From Ophelia neglecta (Eukaryota): DNA of 64,000 nt. Positions 1-12,299 of the stretch are shown one piece after another. Under the pieces are notes generated by a model. It did no database searches and was not told where the DNA came from. It worked only from the letters and a program-made list of their open reading frames with translations. Where the stretch lies: the NCBI GenBank assembly GCA_965285935.1, contig OZ260663.1, positions 15,314,001-15,378,000 on the forward strand, in the 5' to 3' direction. How positions within the stretch are numbered: the stretch's first letter is position 1; every line of letters starts with the position of its first letter. Made by a program: the position numbers and the translations under genes.

Positions 1-1572
1 TTAACCACTTCAGTCTGAAACGATTCTCCTAATACAAGTTTAAAGGATCTGGAAATTGAATCCAGATAAAGGCTTTCGATATACGTGAAGGAAACACATA
101 TTTATAAATTCAACCAATCACTATAACCGACATTAACCAAAATAAAAAGTTGGAGGTATCGTAATTTAAGCCTGTCCATTAATAAAGTCTAGTCTTTTTT
201 CGGTTAATAGTATGTTAAATTCAATTACATATTAAATGGTTGTCTAGTACTTAACTTAGAATACCAGTGATATATAATTACATATTCCTATATTCATATT
301 GGGTGTATAAAATGCATGTTATGTTCGAAATGATTCTATAACTTCATTGTATGTACTGTGTGATATGTTCTATATCTATAGGGAACCTTGATAATAGTTT
401 GTCTTAGCGTGTGTGTAGCAAATACATGAAGGATTCCGGATGTCTTCGATCAGGTTTTTGCCTCAATAAGAATAGTAGTCTTTGTGTATATACGGGTTTC
501 ATGTCTAGGGAAATAAATGGTAAAACACAGATCCGAGTTAAATTCTATTTTCTCTCTTACAATAGGGCAAAATAGGTCGCATAGAGAAATAACTTACCAT
601 GCAGCACGTCAAAAGTAATTTGGTGATTCGGGAAACATTCATCTTCCTTTTGGTTTTAGGAATTAATAATTTTCATTTGAGGCTGCATTAAAGTGGTTAG
701 ATATAGTGGTAAATCTATATTAGGTATTTCAAGTTCGACTTTATTTATTTGCGTGACAGGTTTGCTTGCAAATTTTCTATTCCATGTGGATGCAATGCAC
801 AATGGTGCAAAGCTGTGACGCAATTACCACGTGACACCCTAACAACGCCTTAGTGACCGCTCGAAGTGGCTCCAAATAAATGCGCTGCAGCCATGGCGGT
901 CAGCATGTCCGGCATAGCAGGTTTGTCCATTTCGGGGAAAAGGTGATCCCGAGACTCGTAAATACCTGCATTATATTCGTGATGAGTTATTACTAACATT
1001 GAGCTGTTCAGGTGAATAGATTTTAATTCTGGATGTAATGTATGTGTCAGTGTGCTGGCCAGTTCAGTTGCCATAGGGCGTTCACAGTTTCCAGGAGTTG
1101 TCACCATCGCTTGTAGATTCGTTTAAAGATTTTAATAACATTTGAAATTCTACAATTAAAGCAGTATTCTTACAAATTTGATATTAATATAGCCACCATG
1201 CAAACGTCCGACATACAAGGGACCAAAAAGTTAATGGACAAGCAAACAGCATATATCCCCCCTCCCCCCCCCCCCCCTGCACCACACGTTGCTAAGTACA
1301 TAATATCTGACCTGTGTCTGGCGTGTTAAATAGGGTCAACTTATGATTTATCAAGTACAATGTCACGTGAACAGAAGTTTGTCACGAACATATATTAAGT
1401 ATAAATAGATTTCATTTCCACCCGGCATCCTCGGGCAAACATCTCATACTAGTATCATGATGTAAAGAGGACTTTCTCGTTTTATCTTAAAACAAAAATA
1501 TGTTTACCAGAATATGCCTTGACGTGCACGCTCTTCTTTGTTCTCGTAGTCAATAATAGACCTAAGTATATA

Positions 1573-1653
1573 CAGTGAAGCCTGTCTCAAAGAGCACCTC
1601 TATATCCAGACCACATGGCTATTCAGACCATTTAAGGCACTACTCAAAGCTAA
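1573..1653 (+). mobile_element. Left part of a CAGTGAAACCTG-family MITE, interrupted by a Helentron-type insertion
   Basis: TA|CAGTGAAGCCTG terminus followed by the GACCAC repeats found in the complete copies at 6903 and 16459; sequence breaks off at ~1654. Confidence 0.55.
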
Positions 1654-1689
1654 TTATATCCGCGAAATGCGGATATTATGTTTTCAGTA

Positions 1690-1738
<49 letters not shown>

Positions 1739-2482
1739 AGATTTTAGTCGTTAACGCGATAACTCAAAAACCATTTCGTACATCTTTTTCAAATTCAACA
1801 CAGCCATAGACCTTATTGAGAGGAGGAACTGATTAGATTCTGGTGAAAATCCAATAATTATTAATTAGTTAAAATAATTAATTAATTACGTCAGAAACGC
1901 ATTTTCTGCAATAACACAAATATATTGGATACATCTAATTTGACACAGCCATAGACCTTATTGAGAGGAAGACCTGTATTTATTCTGGTGAATTTCTGAT
2001 AATTATTAATTAGTTAAAATAATTAATTAATTATGTCAAAAACACATTTTCTATCATATATTCCAAAGTATAAATGTTATTGGCTTGAAGTTTTGTGTCA
2101 TGATTCATGTAATAACTATATACAATCTGTGTAATAAGTTGACTAGTTAACTTTATTAATGACCTGAAAAAAATTAGTTAAGGTGGTTTTACATTATTCT
2201 TGAGGTCATATGGAACCAACTTTATTAATGACCTGCCTTATTATTGAGGTTATATAGAAGCTACTACAATCTGTGTAACAAGTTAACTAATACTGTGTAA
2301 TAAGTTAACTAGTTAACTTTATTAATGACCTGAACAAAAATTAGTTAAGGTCGTTATCTTTTGTGCCAACTAAAAACTACCATATTCACTACCTCGCCTT
2401 ATGCCATGTTCCCCATTCGATTATTGCACGCATTCGCGGATATACCCCTTGCTGTCGGCCCCCCGACAGCATTGGCCTAGTT
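1654..2482 (+). mobile_element. Non-autonomous Helentron-type element (HINE/DINE-1/pearl-like)
   Basis: 5' IR TATATCCGCGAA (1655-1666) matches subterminal TTCGCGGATATA (2433-2444); (GCC)n microsatellite; tandem internal core repeats (~1800-2060, ~2120-2350); 3' hairpin TGCTGTCGG-CCCC-CCGACAGCA (2450-2471); ends CTAGTT; TT boundaries. This is the established HINE/DINE-1 layout. Confidence 0.7.
1691..1738. repeat. (GCC)n microsatellite inside the HINE-like element
   Basis: About 16 perfect GCC units. Confidence 0.95.
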
Positions 2483-4646
2483 ATATTATAAAAACCAGTT
2501 ACACACCGTTGATTTCCATACATACCGAGATACAGAACTTGAGAAATTCAGTATTGACCGAGGTACGAAGTCAATACTGCCATCTAGCAGGTTCTGTGCG
2601 AGGTATGTATGGAATCATAATGTATGTAACTGGCTTCTATATAGTAAACCATGTGGCAAATTCTATTCCAACATTGCACCAGCAAACCTGCATACGATAA
2701 GTTTGGATACGACAGACGACTAGTTAATGGCAGACGACTTTTCAACAAATCTCGATAGTTACCTTAGTGACCTAGAGGTGGAGACCTCTAGCCAGAAATC
2801 CTTATCAAGTAGTTTGGACCAGTGACTAACATGTCAAAAGTAGTACAGCGGTATTATGCAAGTTATTATAAACCTGAAATATTCCAGATGGTCCATCAGA
2901 ATATCATTAATGTAGGACAATGTTCTTAATAATGAGAATATCTTTGCTAAGTTTGAATGTCCATCCACTCGGTTAACTAGTTTTACTGGCATTCGGAATA
3001 AGATAGCACTTTATATATATATGTTATATTGAAAACAAATGTGATTTGATATTTGCCGGAATAAACTTTGTTTGGTTACAATCGTATTGTTCCCAATTTA
3101 AGTGCAAACTAATTAGGGATCGGGGTTGAGAGTAATTGGTGGGCCGGGGCTGTAAGCTGGGGTTCTTTTCTATAAAACATTCGGTATATATTCTTAATTT
3201 GACACCAATAAATAAGTGGAATTACTCACAGGAAAAAATTGGGTAATACTTGCCCCAGTTTCTGCATGTTCTGAAGCTCCAATACAGAATAAAAGATGCT
3301 ATCTACCAAAAAGACGTACATTTCTTCACCAACTGTCTGAGAGTATTTATGTTTTCCGTTGACTGAATGCATAGCACAAGGGCTGGGATTCAGTCCAGAG
3401 AAATTTTGCCTGTGATTTGAGTGTTTGTAATAAACTGACAAATAATATCCATATCAGTAGTGGGTTGAAAAATGGCTGACTCGTTAGTACATGCATAGAC
3501 CATAGACCTAAAATTTAGGTCTTTGGTCGTGTGGCTCAATTAGCACGCATTATCCAAAATTATTCAAATAAAAACATGTTACTTTGAACATTCTATAACT
3601 ATATGTATAAACATAGATATATCCGCTTATGACATATATCTGAACTTTAATGTTAAAAATGAAAAGAATGTTTCTAAATGATAACTAAGTGATCCAGATC
3701 TGTGTTGCACGTGCACTAGACACAACATAGAGGATGGATAATGTGTGGCTGTATTTGATTCTTTGAATTGTTTAATATGTTTGGGCTGGTAAGACCTTTT
3801 TCATGTGGCATGAGAGAGGTAGGTGTCCGGGGCGGAGGGGGGGGGGGGTATGTTGGTGGTGGTGGTGCTGAGGGGGGGGGGGGGTAGGTGTTAATGTAAT
3901 GAGAGTTCTGGTCCGGGAGGGATGTGGAAGATGGGGAGGGGCCCTGGGGATGTAATCGCTCCCTAGACAAACTATCTATCAATCGAAGGCTAAGGCAGAA
4001 AAAATGGTTAGCAAGTAGCGAATCTAGAATTAATTTGTTTCTATAACAACAAGATATCGAAAAGTCAGGAATGAAAGAATACCTATTTTCCTTAGAGTGA
4101 GAAACAATTTACCTTTCTCGATAAAATAAATAATAAATGCATATAATTATGTAATGCATTCGAGGCAGCCGCACATCAGCTGACCCCGACACGTCAGTTG
4201 TCCCTAACAACATAGATGGCGGAGCGCACATAGAAGATGGAGCCTGGCTTCACAATATTGGAGAATTAAAGTGGTAAATCGTCTGTTTAGGGACATTTTG
4301 GTTTAAAATCTATTGACAGAAACATAGCCGAACATTGCGATGCGCTAGCAATGTCAGTTGGAGGTGAAATATGCCCATGGGACTTCTAATCTACAAGCAC
4401 ATATCACACGTGTTGCCATTAGACCTATCGGAAAAGTTTCCAATACATCACAATACTCATCGCAATACTCGAACAATATCGTAGTATATCACCATTTTTG
4501 TGCAATAACCACCACTATTCCTAATACTGAGGCAGTCCGGCTTCTAAAACTTACTTATTGATGTTGTCTATCCATGTTGTCTCTCGTTTCAGACTTTCAA
4601 TACGCCCTGATTTAAAGGGGCGTTATGCACATCGCTAGCCTGTATG

Positions 4647-4820
4647 AGACACCTGTTCGCTAATTACAGACATGTAATAGGTGACACGAGATACTGTGAT
4701 TACCTGAATCTCTAGTCCCTAATTTAATACACAGGCGGTCATTAGCAGAACTCGGAAGCCGCTGGGGTAATTTGGTCTTTATTGGAAATCACAGCACCGT
4801 GAAAATGGATTTGATCAGGA
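4647..4820. promoter_or_regulatory. Conserved non-coding element 3 downstream of NHLH copy 1 (mirror of ~27965-28143)
   Basis: AGACACCTGTtcgcTAATTAC...ACTgTGATTACCTG...TTAATACACA aligns with the reverse complement of 28020-28143; contains E-box CACCTG and TAATTA. Confidence 0.65.
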
Positions 4821-6211
4821 CACTCCTTTTACAAAGAGAGTCTGTAATTTAAAACGCAGTAATGAAGAGATTTCTCCGCTGATAGGCCTTTTCATATTAT
4901 ACCCTGTTGCAAATTTATGTTTAAACCTTAAGTAAAAGCTGTTTAGGTAACGTCGATAAAACTTAATAATGTGTTGTACTGGCAATGAAAAAGTTTCATA
5001 TGATGAATAATTCATTGCGTTCTACAGCATATATGATCTCATGCCTCCCGCGCCCGGGTGATGCCGAATGTTGGTGTCGACGCTAGGCCTACACTGAGTA
5101 ATCTATAGAGGAGGGGTGTAAGTGTGTGGGGGTCCCGAGAGAAGTGGGTATCAGAGCCGGTAGTTGTCTGGGCCTTGTTTGGTCAATAAATAACTGATCT
5201 CCACATCGTTCGAAAATCATACAACTTAGACCTACCTTTATGCTATAGACAAAGAAATCCACATTGTTTGGCTACTAAAAATAGGCAGTGTATGTTCAGT
5301 CATAAAAATGTATAGCCAATTTGTGTACAATCATGATGATAACTATTTTGTTTCTATCCATGAAGGTATTATAGTACAAACTGAGAAGGCAGTATTATAT
5401 ATTGTACGTATATAGTAAAATCATTATCAACTCGATATTAATGCCAGACACAGAAATTGCCAACGGAATGATCACACTGTACAGTTGTGGGTACACTAGT
5501 GGATACACTATTTAGTTTCTGTTCTTCCCGACCTGTCGGTTCGCGAAGAGTTGTGCCCAGCCGACCTGGCAACAAACTACAAAAAAATACTCTCCTGCAG
5601 AGGCGTATGAGGAAAATCAAAGTGAGGGGGCCAAATTTACAACAGCGGCATAATATGTGGGGGGGGGGGGGCAAAGCATATGATGGCCCCCACTTTTAAT
5701 TGGGGGGCTTTTGTCGCACTACTTGAGAAAAATAATGTTTGTCTTGCATATTGTAGAAAATCATAAATGACCTTACAGAAGAAAACAAAAATTGCAGGGG
5801 AATTATGAGGAAAAAAGGTTGTTTTGGAGGAGGCAAAAAAAAAAGGTTTCAACAAAAAAAATGTATCACGCCGCCGTACATTATCAAATGGTCGGCCCCT
5901 TAATAGTATAACGGTGGTAGGCTATGACAATGGTCTCTGTGACAAATATAGGTACCTGTAATTGTTTTCGCCATGTTTTAATAAATCGTCAGGGACTTCT
6001 GTGGATTGGGGTCAGATGTCCTTTCAGCCGGGTAACTTAATATTATTATATATCAGACTGGGTACCTATTGTTGGTAAGTCGCATTTTAATATTTTATCG
6101 TTTAGCAAGAGAAATTTTTGTTTTTCATGCAATATGCCTTAGTAGAAACCATTAAAACTTCGTCCATCGGAGATGGCTCACAGGTGTGTGATTAGGCCCA
6201 GTGTCGGTAGA

Positions 6212-6296
6212 TCAAAGCCTGCCTGATTAGCCACACCTGCCTCGCCTCCTCTAACCATCAATCACGTGACGTGCGAGGGTCGGTGGCGTGTCTCAG
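6212..6296. promoter_or_regulatory. Conserved non-coding element 2 downstream of NHLH copy 1 (mirror of ~24970-25054)
   Basis: TCAAAGCCTGCCTGATTAGCCACACCTGCC matches the reverse complement of 25025-25054 at 27/30 positions; a TGGCGTGTC block is also shared. Confidence 0.7.
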
Positions 6297-6902
6297 ACGG
6301 GAAGGCCGGTGTAAGAACAATCCCAATATACTTCCGGCGTCATACATATTATAAAGTTGTCTAAAGGCGTTTAAAACATTACAGATGAATTAATTACGAT
6401 TCGTATGGCCTTAACACAATATGTACAACGATCAGACTTCGGCGAACAATTAAAAGCAGACCTGTGTGCTAAAATAAGCAATGTAACCCATTGACTATTG
6501 AATACAATATCAAACTTTCCTGCGAAAGGCCTCAATTCTGTGTTTGTGTGAATCTCATGAGCAGTCATGTTTGGGTGTTGAGGACCACAAGGTTTTAGAC
6601 ACACTAGAATTTATATGTCCATTTAAGCCAATCGCATAATTAAGCTAAGTAGCTAAGCATTAGTCAGAAAACCGTATTGCAAGATACCCGTACTTAGGTC
6701 TACCCCTTGGAAAGTGGACTTAACTGCGTCTTCCACAGCCTCAAACGGCCTTGCAATATATCACGTTTAAGCTGGACGGGGTGGGGGTGGGGGGTGGGGG
6801 GGGGGGGGGTCAGGGGTCAGACAAACCGCCCCCCCCCCTCCCTCCTGGGCTCAATTGTTATATTGTTATAAAGGCTAACATGCCCACTATTCCAATAATA
6901 TA

Positions 6903-7081
6903 CAGTGAAACCTGTAAATTGACACCACCCAAGGGACTGCAAAATACTGGTCTGAATATGAAGGTGGTCTGCTAAGACAGGTTTATGTTACATTTAAAGT
7001 CTACAGTATGGTCTTCAGATGTGTGGTCTGAATATAGAGGTGGTCTGAATATAGAGGTAGTCTTTAAGGCAGGTTTCACTG
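6903..7081. mobile_element. MITE, Tc1/mariner-type (TA TSD)
   Basis: TA|CAGTGAAACCTG ... CAGGTTTCACTG|TA; 179 bp; several related copies in the window. Confidence 0.85.
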
Positions 7082-7233
7082 TAATTGGGAATTGTTCAAG
7101 ATCCATTTTCGGCGTAGCAAAGGCAACATTTTCCGTTGTCTTTCAGGATTTTGCCCTTCACTTGTTCTCTTTTCTATTTATGTCTAGCATGAGATAGATC
7201 TAGAAATCCTTTATTGTGTGGTTGCAGCCGGAT

Positions 7234-7306
7234 CCAAATGAAAATTGACACGTTTGCTATCCGTTTGGCTGCGAACCACCTGCGTCCCCGCCGGGCTTGG
7301 GGAATT
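7234..7306. promoter_or_regulatory. Conserved non-coding element 1 downstream of NHLH copy 1 (mirror of 23375-23447)
   Basis: Ungapped 73-bp match (58/73) to the reverse complement of 23375-23447; shared TTGACAC, CACCTGCGTC and GGCTTGGGGAATT. Confidence 0.75.
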
Positions 7307-9373
7307 TATACCATCCACTCATCTGCATCTACATGGGTCCCCTGAAAAACTAGCCGCTCCCTCTGTCACATTTTACTCACTACAAATCTGTCATTCTGTC
7401 AATATACATACTGAGCGGGTGGCTTCTTATATTTGATAAATAGGCATTATATTGGCAGTGTCGTGCGTTACTAAATTCTATTTTACCCGTGTAGATGCCT
7501 ACATTCATTGTATCCAGATAGCGCGGTAAGTTCCATCAATGAAGTAGGATTTTGTTGCTCGGTGTATTCCCAGACCGCTTGAGCGAATTACTGATAACAG
7601 ACGGACGGAAATATTCGTACTCATGTGAACTGATAAAAAGGATCGATTTGAGTGCGTCTTGTATTCCACCCCATTCAATCGTATCACCCAGAGAATTGAA
7701 TTAATCCAATCCGGGAATATGGTAGAAGCTACTTCAATTCTATCCATCAAGTTCGAGTGTCACTGCTTTGATAAAGACTAAATGCTCAATTAAAGTTGGG
7801 AGAAGCGCCGTCCCTTCTCTCTGATCGGAAGTGGCTACCCATACGCGTTTTGGCGTCGAGTTTGGGAGCGTTCATTATTTAATCTAGTGGGGGGAGGGGG
7901 CAATTTCTGAAAATTGTCTGTTCAGAAATGGATACCCCATTTGACCATTGTAAAAAATAAGGTGCCACGTCCTTCTCTCCCCCACCCCCTTTCTTTCTTC
8001 ACTGTTCACAATCCTATACCTCCTCCCCCCTGAAATAGTCCATATCAGGTGTATCTTATTTACCTTCATCATATACTGCAGTGGTGAAAACTTTTGCGCG
8101 GGTTTAAGTTTACGCTTGCAAAAATGACACGCAGCTTGTTTTTAATTTCGTGGCTTGCGATATGTAGGCCCTATAAGTACATGCAAATACAGTATTCTTG
8201 AGTTTTAATTTCACGACCTAGCACGCAAATTCGCGAATTTAAACCTGTATTGGTATAAATGTCCTAACCGGTTTAAATTCGCATTTTTGCAACAAAAAAA
8301 TGGAACTTTGCTTGTTTTAAATTTTTTGCTAAGAGATATTCGAATGATATTTGCAAGTTTAAAAAAAAATTGGAAAAGATGACAATTCAGGTGTTTTAAA
8401 TTATGTCCAAAGATAAAATTAGGCCTATATCTACATACAAATAGGACATTTGAGATTTTAAACTTCCTGTTGCTCAAATCCGCTCTTTTTTCTAGAGAAC
8501 CCCCCTGTCATATAATCACGCCGACGGCAATGCAATGCATGGAGGCTATTTTTATAATTTGCCGGTCAAAACAAATAAGATATTTTGGATATATCAGCGA
8601 AAATAATATGAAAAGCACACCCCTGAAGTCATGACTGAAAGCATTTTAATTCACTCTGTATATATTGACAAAAAAGGATATCGAAATTTTATGTATACAA
8701 AAGCAGACGAGACAGAAAATTAGATATTCTATTTAAGAATTATTGAGCTCTTCCTTTTCAATGTAATGCATACAGTAGAGTCGAGAGGGGTATAAACGGA
8801 AGCTGTTTGTACAGACCTTATAGTAATATAAAGTAAATAAAATTAAACTGTGTAAGCTTTCACGAATCTTTGAACAAAACAATAAACAGTTGCAGAAACA
8901 AAATGTCTGCAGTGTCATGGAGAATAACATAGAGCTCGACCCGTTCAAAATCAGAAAAACACTTACTAGACATTAAAAATAACTTCAAATATACACTTAA
9001 GATCTAGAAGTTCATCCTTATTTTAAATATCGTAATTGTCAAACAATCTAGAAAGAAAGTGTACGCTCTTACTAGGTGCAAGAACATTCTCACCTTCACT
9101 TTGCACCGACACTTACTAAAAGTCGAAATCGGGTTTGTTAAACGGAATAATCCATTAAAATCCGGTGGGGTAGCTAGGCCCATGTAGTGTTCTCTAATGC
9201 GGAGTTTCCACTTGTTCTCACAGTCCCCAGTCTACTGGGAGGGTACAGCCATTGCACAGCATTGAGCCGTTCTACTCTCAGTAATCACTTGTGGAAGGAG
9301 AAATTGGATCCAACCACAGCGCCCTCTATTTAGATTTGTCGTTAAACCACCCCCGTGAAAATGAATAAAATAG

Positions 9374-9811
9374 TCAAGGCAGATCCAGCACATGATTTAA
9401 ATATGATATGTAACATATTGCCAGACGAAGGATTTCGATTTTAGACAATTTTTTGTCCGGGGGAAGTGTGGGGAGTAATTTTCTAAGTTCTCCGTATGAC
9501 ACATTGAAGGCTTCAATACGAATCCTTTCTCGTGTGGCGTGCGCTGTTCTGTATTTGTCTGTGGCCCGGCGCCGCCGACGTCTCTCTTCACGAGACAGGT
9601 GTGGGATTTCCTGGTCCTTCCGGAGGTCTCTTTTACAGGTGATATCACGGCCGTGGGGCACCATTTTAGCCTGGTCAGTTCCTTCCGTTTTGACATGGAC
9701 GTTGTCTGGGGGAGAACCGAACATATAGGAATCTGATGATATCACTGAGTGACAAGGAGACAGGCGAGATGACTCATCGGCACTCATATTGTCAGTTGTG
9801 CGAGCAGGCAT
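9374..9811 (-). CDS. NHLH: NHLH/NSCL/HEN-family bHLH transcription factor, copy 1 (145 aa, single coding exon)
   Basis: [30 protein letters not shown]...[35 protein letters not shown] is the diagnostic NHLH1/2 (Drosophila HLH4C) bHLH. Splice acceptor upstream (exon starts 9977); putative non-coding exon 1 at ~13909-14220. Confidence 0.95.
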   Translation of the reverse strand: MPARTTDNMSADESSRLSPCHSVISSDSYMFGSPPDNVHVKTEGTDQAKMVPHGRDITCKRDLRKDQEIPHLSREERRRRRRATDKYRTAHATRERIRIEAFNVSYGELRKLLPTLPPDKKLSKIEILRLAICYISYLNHVLDLP

Positions 9812-10490
9812 TACCTCGACTAATAATTAGTTATTCATCCAAGTTGAACCCAAAATTCCCCTGACGACAATGACGTCATGCGGGGCTACATGGACTATGG
9901 TCTCTCCCATTCAATCATGAAATCTCTTAAACCCGTCAGACGACTTTCTCTCCCGTGAATCGAAAGAGTTCTTATCCCTGCAAAATAATAAATGTGTATC
10001 AGTTAACACGTGAAGAGTTGTAGTCCTAGGCCTATACATGCAAATCAAATAAACAAAATAAAGATTGTTGTTTGAAAGGGCTCATAGAGCTAGATAGAAT
10101 CATTCTCGGTGCAGCTGCCCAGTCTGCATTTTTCACACCATTAGGGATAAGGTATTTCCGCTTCCCGATAAATTGAAATTCCCTAGTCACGGGAAATTAA
10201 ACAGAACATTCCCGGGTCCCAGTAATTTCAAATCCTTGATCCCGAACCAAGGACAATTGTCCAATCCCGATTCACAAGAAATTAAACCTTAAATTCCCAG
10301 TTCACGAATAATTGAAAAGGCCGATCCCGATTGTCGGAATATACCCCTACCCCCCCCCCCCCCCCCTCCATGGGAGACGACAACACTGGACACTACAGCG
10401 CATCTATCGTTCATATATAGAGGACCCCAAACCCTTGGTCGCACACCTATCATTTTCTCAATTTTCTTGAGTTTGCATTTGTGTTATGTA

Positions 10491-10668
10491 CAGTCAAACC
10501 TGTGTTAGCGGTCACCTGTGTAATAAGGTCACCTGCTTATTAAGGTCATTCTTATTCAGCCCCTTCTCCAATTAAGACCATGTAACTCAATCTGTCTAGT
10601 CAGGTCACCTTGCTATGTGGTCACTTTTAGCCAGTCCCTTGACTGACCTTAATAGACAGGTTTCACCG
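10491..10668. mobile_element. MITE, same TA-TSD family (GGTCACC variant)
   Basis: TA|CAGTCAAACCTG ... CAGGTTTCACCG|TA; 178 bp. Confidence 0.8.
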
Positions 10669-11999
10669 TATGTATGTGTAATGATTGTTTTTGTGCTTTA
10701 TATGTAGTGTAATATTAATGATTTTAGCATTTTATCAGTATCTCCTTGTAAGCTGGGCTCCTTGGTAGAACAGGTGTTGCCTGAAAGGATGACCAGGATA
10801 AAGATATCAAAATGAATAAATAAATAAATAAATAGAAACCACACTTGTAAAAGTAAGGAGTCACTCCTCGGGGGAAGTGTTCACTCACACCACATATTAA
10901 CGTCATTTTTCTCCATTTCTTCATTTCATTGCATATATTGATTTTTTGGTATATGCTTGTGGATATTTTCCCGTATAATAAAAACATTTTAGCCTCTAAA
11001 TGTATTTTTAAAATTTCTACCTTTTAGGGTTAAGTCTGGTAACATTGTTTATTTCCGCGCGGAGAGCCGGTTAATTTAGCGCACTATGTTGCGAGAAATA
11101 AGCCCACGGAATTTAACCGAACGTGAAATTACCCTACTTGTATAGTAATGTCTGTGCATTAATATCTTTTTTGAAGCCTGATAATTGTATACAGGATGAA
11201 CCTTTTTTTCATGCCGCTAAATTGGCGCTAAGTTGGTTGTAAATAAAATATTATTAACAAACAAATCAACCCAAAAAAACCGATACTGACAACTATTGGC
11301 GCCAATGACAATTCTTGTGTTTAATAACACACTGTTGTGGATCTGTGGTGTCATAATCAACTTTTAAAGATTGCTTGCCTTCGGTTTGCTGATCCTGTCC
11401 AATTTTTATTGAAGGCTTTCAGTCGACAAAGCTTTCTACTAAGTCGAGACCCATAAAAGGCGCCACATCGCCGACAATGGCTCTCAACTCCCGTGAGACC
11501 ATCATGCCATCTGTCGACACTAAGATCAACTAATACATCACTCTGCTCAATCGGAAAAACACGCTAGGCCTATATTTCTTAACTAAAACGGTAGAGATAT
11601 AATTGTGCCTAAATATAGTTGACCAGGCTAATAAAAAGGCCTGCTTTTGACTAGTAGGCCTACACAAATTAACGTACAAAATGGCGCCTCTAGCTCCCAT
11701 CTTGAAGGATTAATGATTAAGTCTCTGTTGATTTGAAGCCAAGTAATCAATATTGTTGTAGACTCTAGGGAGTTTAATCATGCAAGGGTACCAGCGGCTG
11801 TAGGGAGGGGGTGGGGGTACGGCAGGAACCTCAGCTCCATGCCCTCTCTTCCGCCCGTCTGCACGGAACTTGCTGCTCCAAGTTGCCCCGATGGTCCAAC
11901 ACACCCTTCGAGTGTTAGCGGACCCCACCGCCGTCTCCGAATATCCCAGGCCCCCAACAAGTGACAGCGGTCCCCTATCCCCGGGTCCCCGTAAATCCT

Positions 12000-12299
12000 T
12001 GCGTCTCCCAGAGTGCTGGGGAGCCCCTATAGACACCCTCAAAGTGACAGCGGACCCCCAGCCTGCCCCCATACATCCTAGATCGCTCTTAGAGGGCTGG
12101 GGAGCCCCCAGACCCCCCTCCAACTGACAGCGGACGCCTACCCTCGCCTCCATACAGGCTATAGATCCGCCCATTCGGGATGTGCTCCTCCATATCCGAC
12201 GGGTGAGAGAGGGGTGCGTCATCCCGTCTAGGGAGGAGCAACTCGCCTGAAATACCGCAGCAGATGGACATGAATATAACGGGCTCGAATTCCAATGGG
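12000..12299. promoter_or_regulatory. Intronic conserved block of NHLH copy 1 (mirror of ~17256-17520)
   Basis: Reverse complement reads CCCATTGGAATTCGAGC...TCCATCTGCTGCGGTATTTCA versus CCCATTGGAATTTCGAGC...TCCGTCTGTCATGGTATTTCA at 17256-17315; CTTTGAgGGtGT block versus CTTTGAaGGcGT at ~17483. Confidence 0.55.

Noticed and set aside
3716-3982. Pro-rich ORF and the many poly-G/poly-C tracts as G-quadruplex or coding features
   Set aside because: Such homopolymer runs occur throughout the first 25 kb without positional conservation between the mirrored halves.
8074-8250. TTT(C/T)GCG-rich degenerate repeats (also ~11030-11145, ~16780-17020, ~22660-22860)
   Set aside because: Probably old MITE relics, but ends and TSDs could not be defined.
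9397-9736. Overlapping and antisense ORFs on the NHLH genes (also 19953-20260)
   Set aside because: Shadow frames of conserved coding sequence; their similarity between copies follows from the bHLH conservation.
11710-12222. 170-aa Gly/Pro/Arg-rich ORF
   Set aside because: Low-complexity product of a GC-rich intronic block; no domain, and the mirrored block in copy 2 keeps no equivalent frame.
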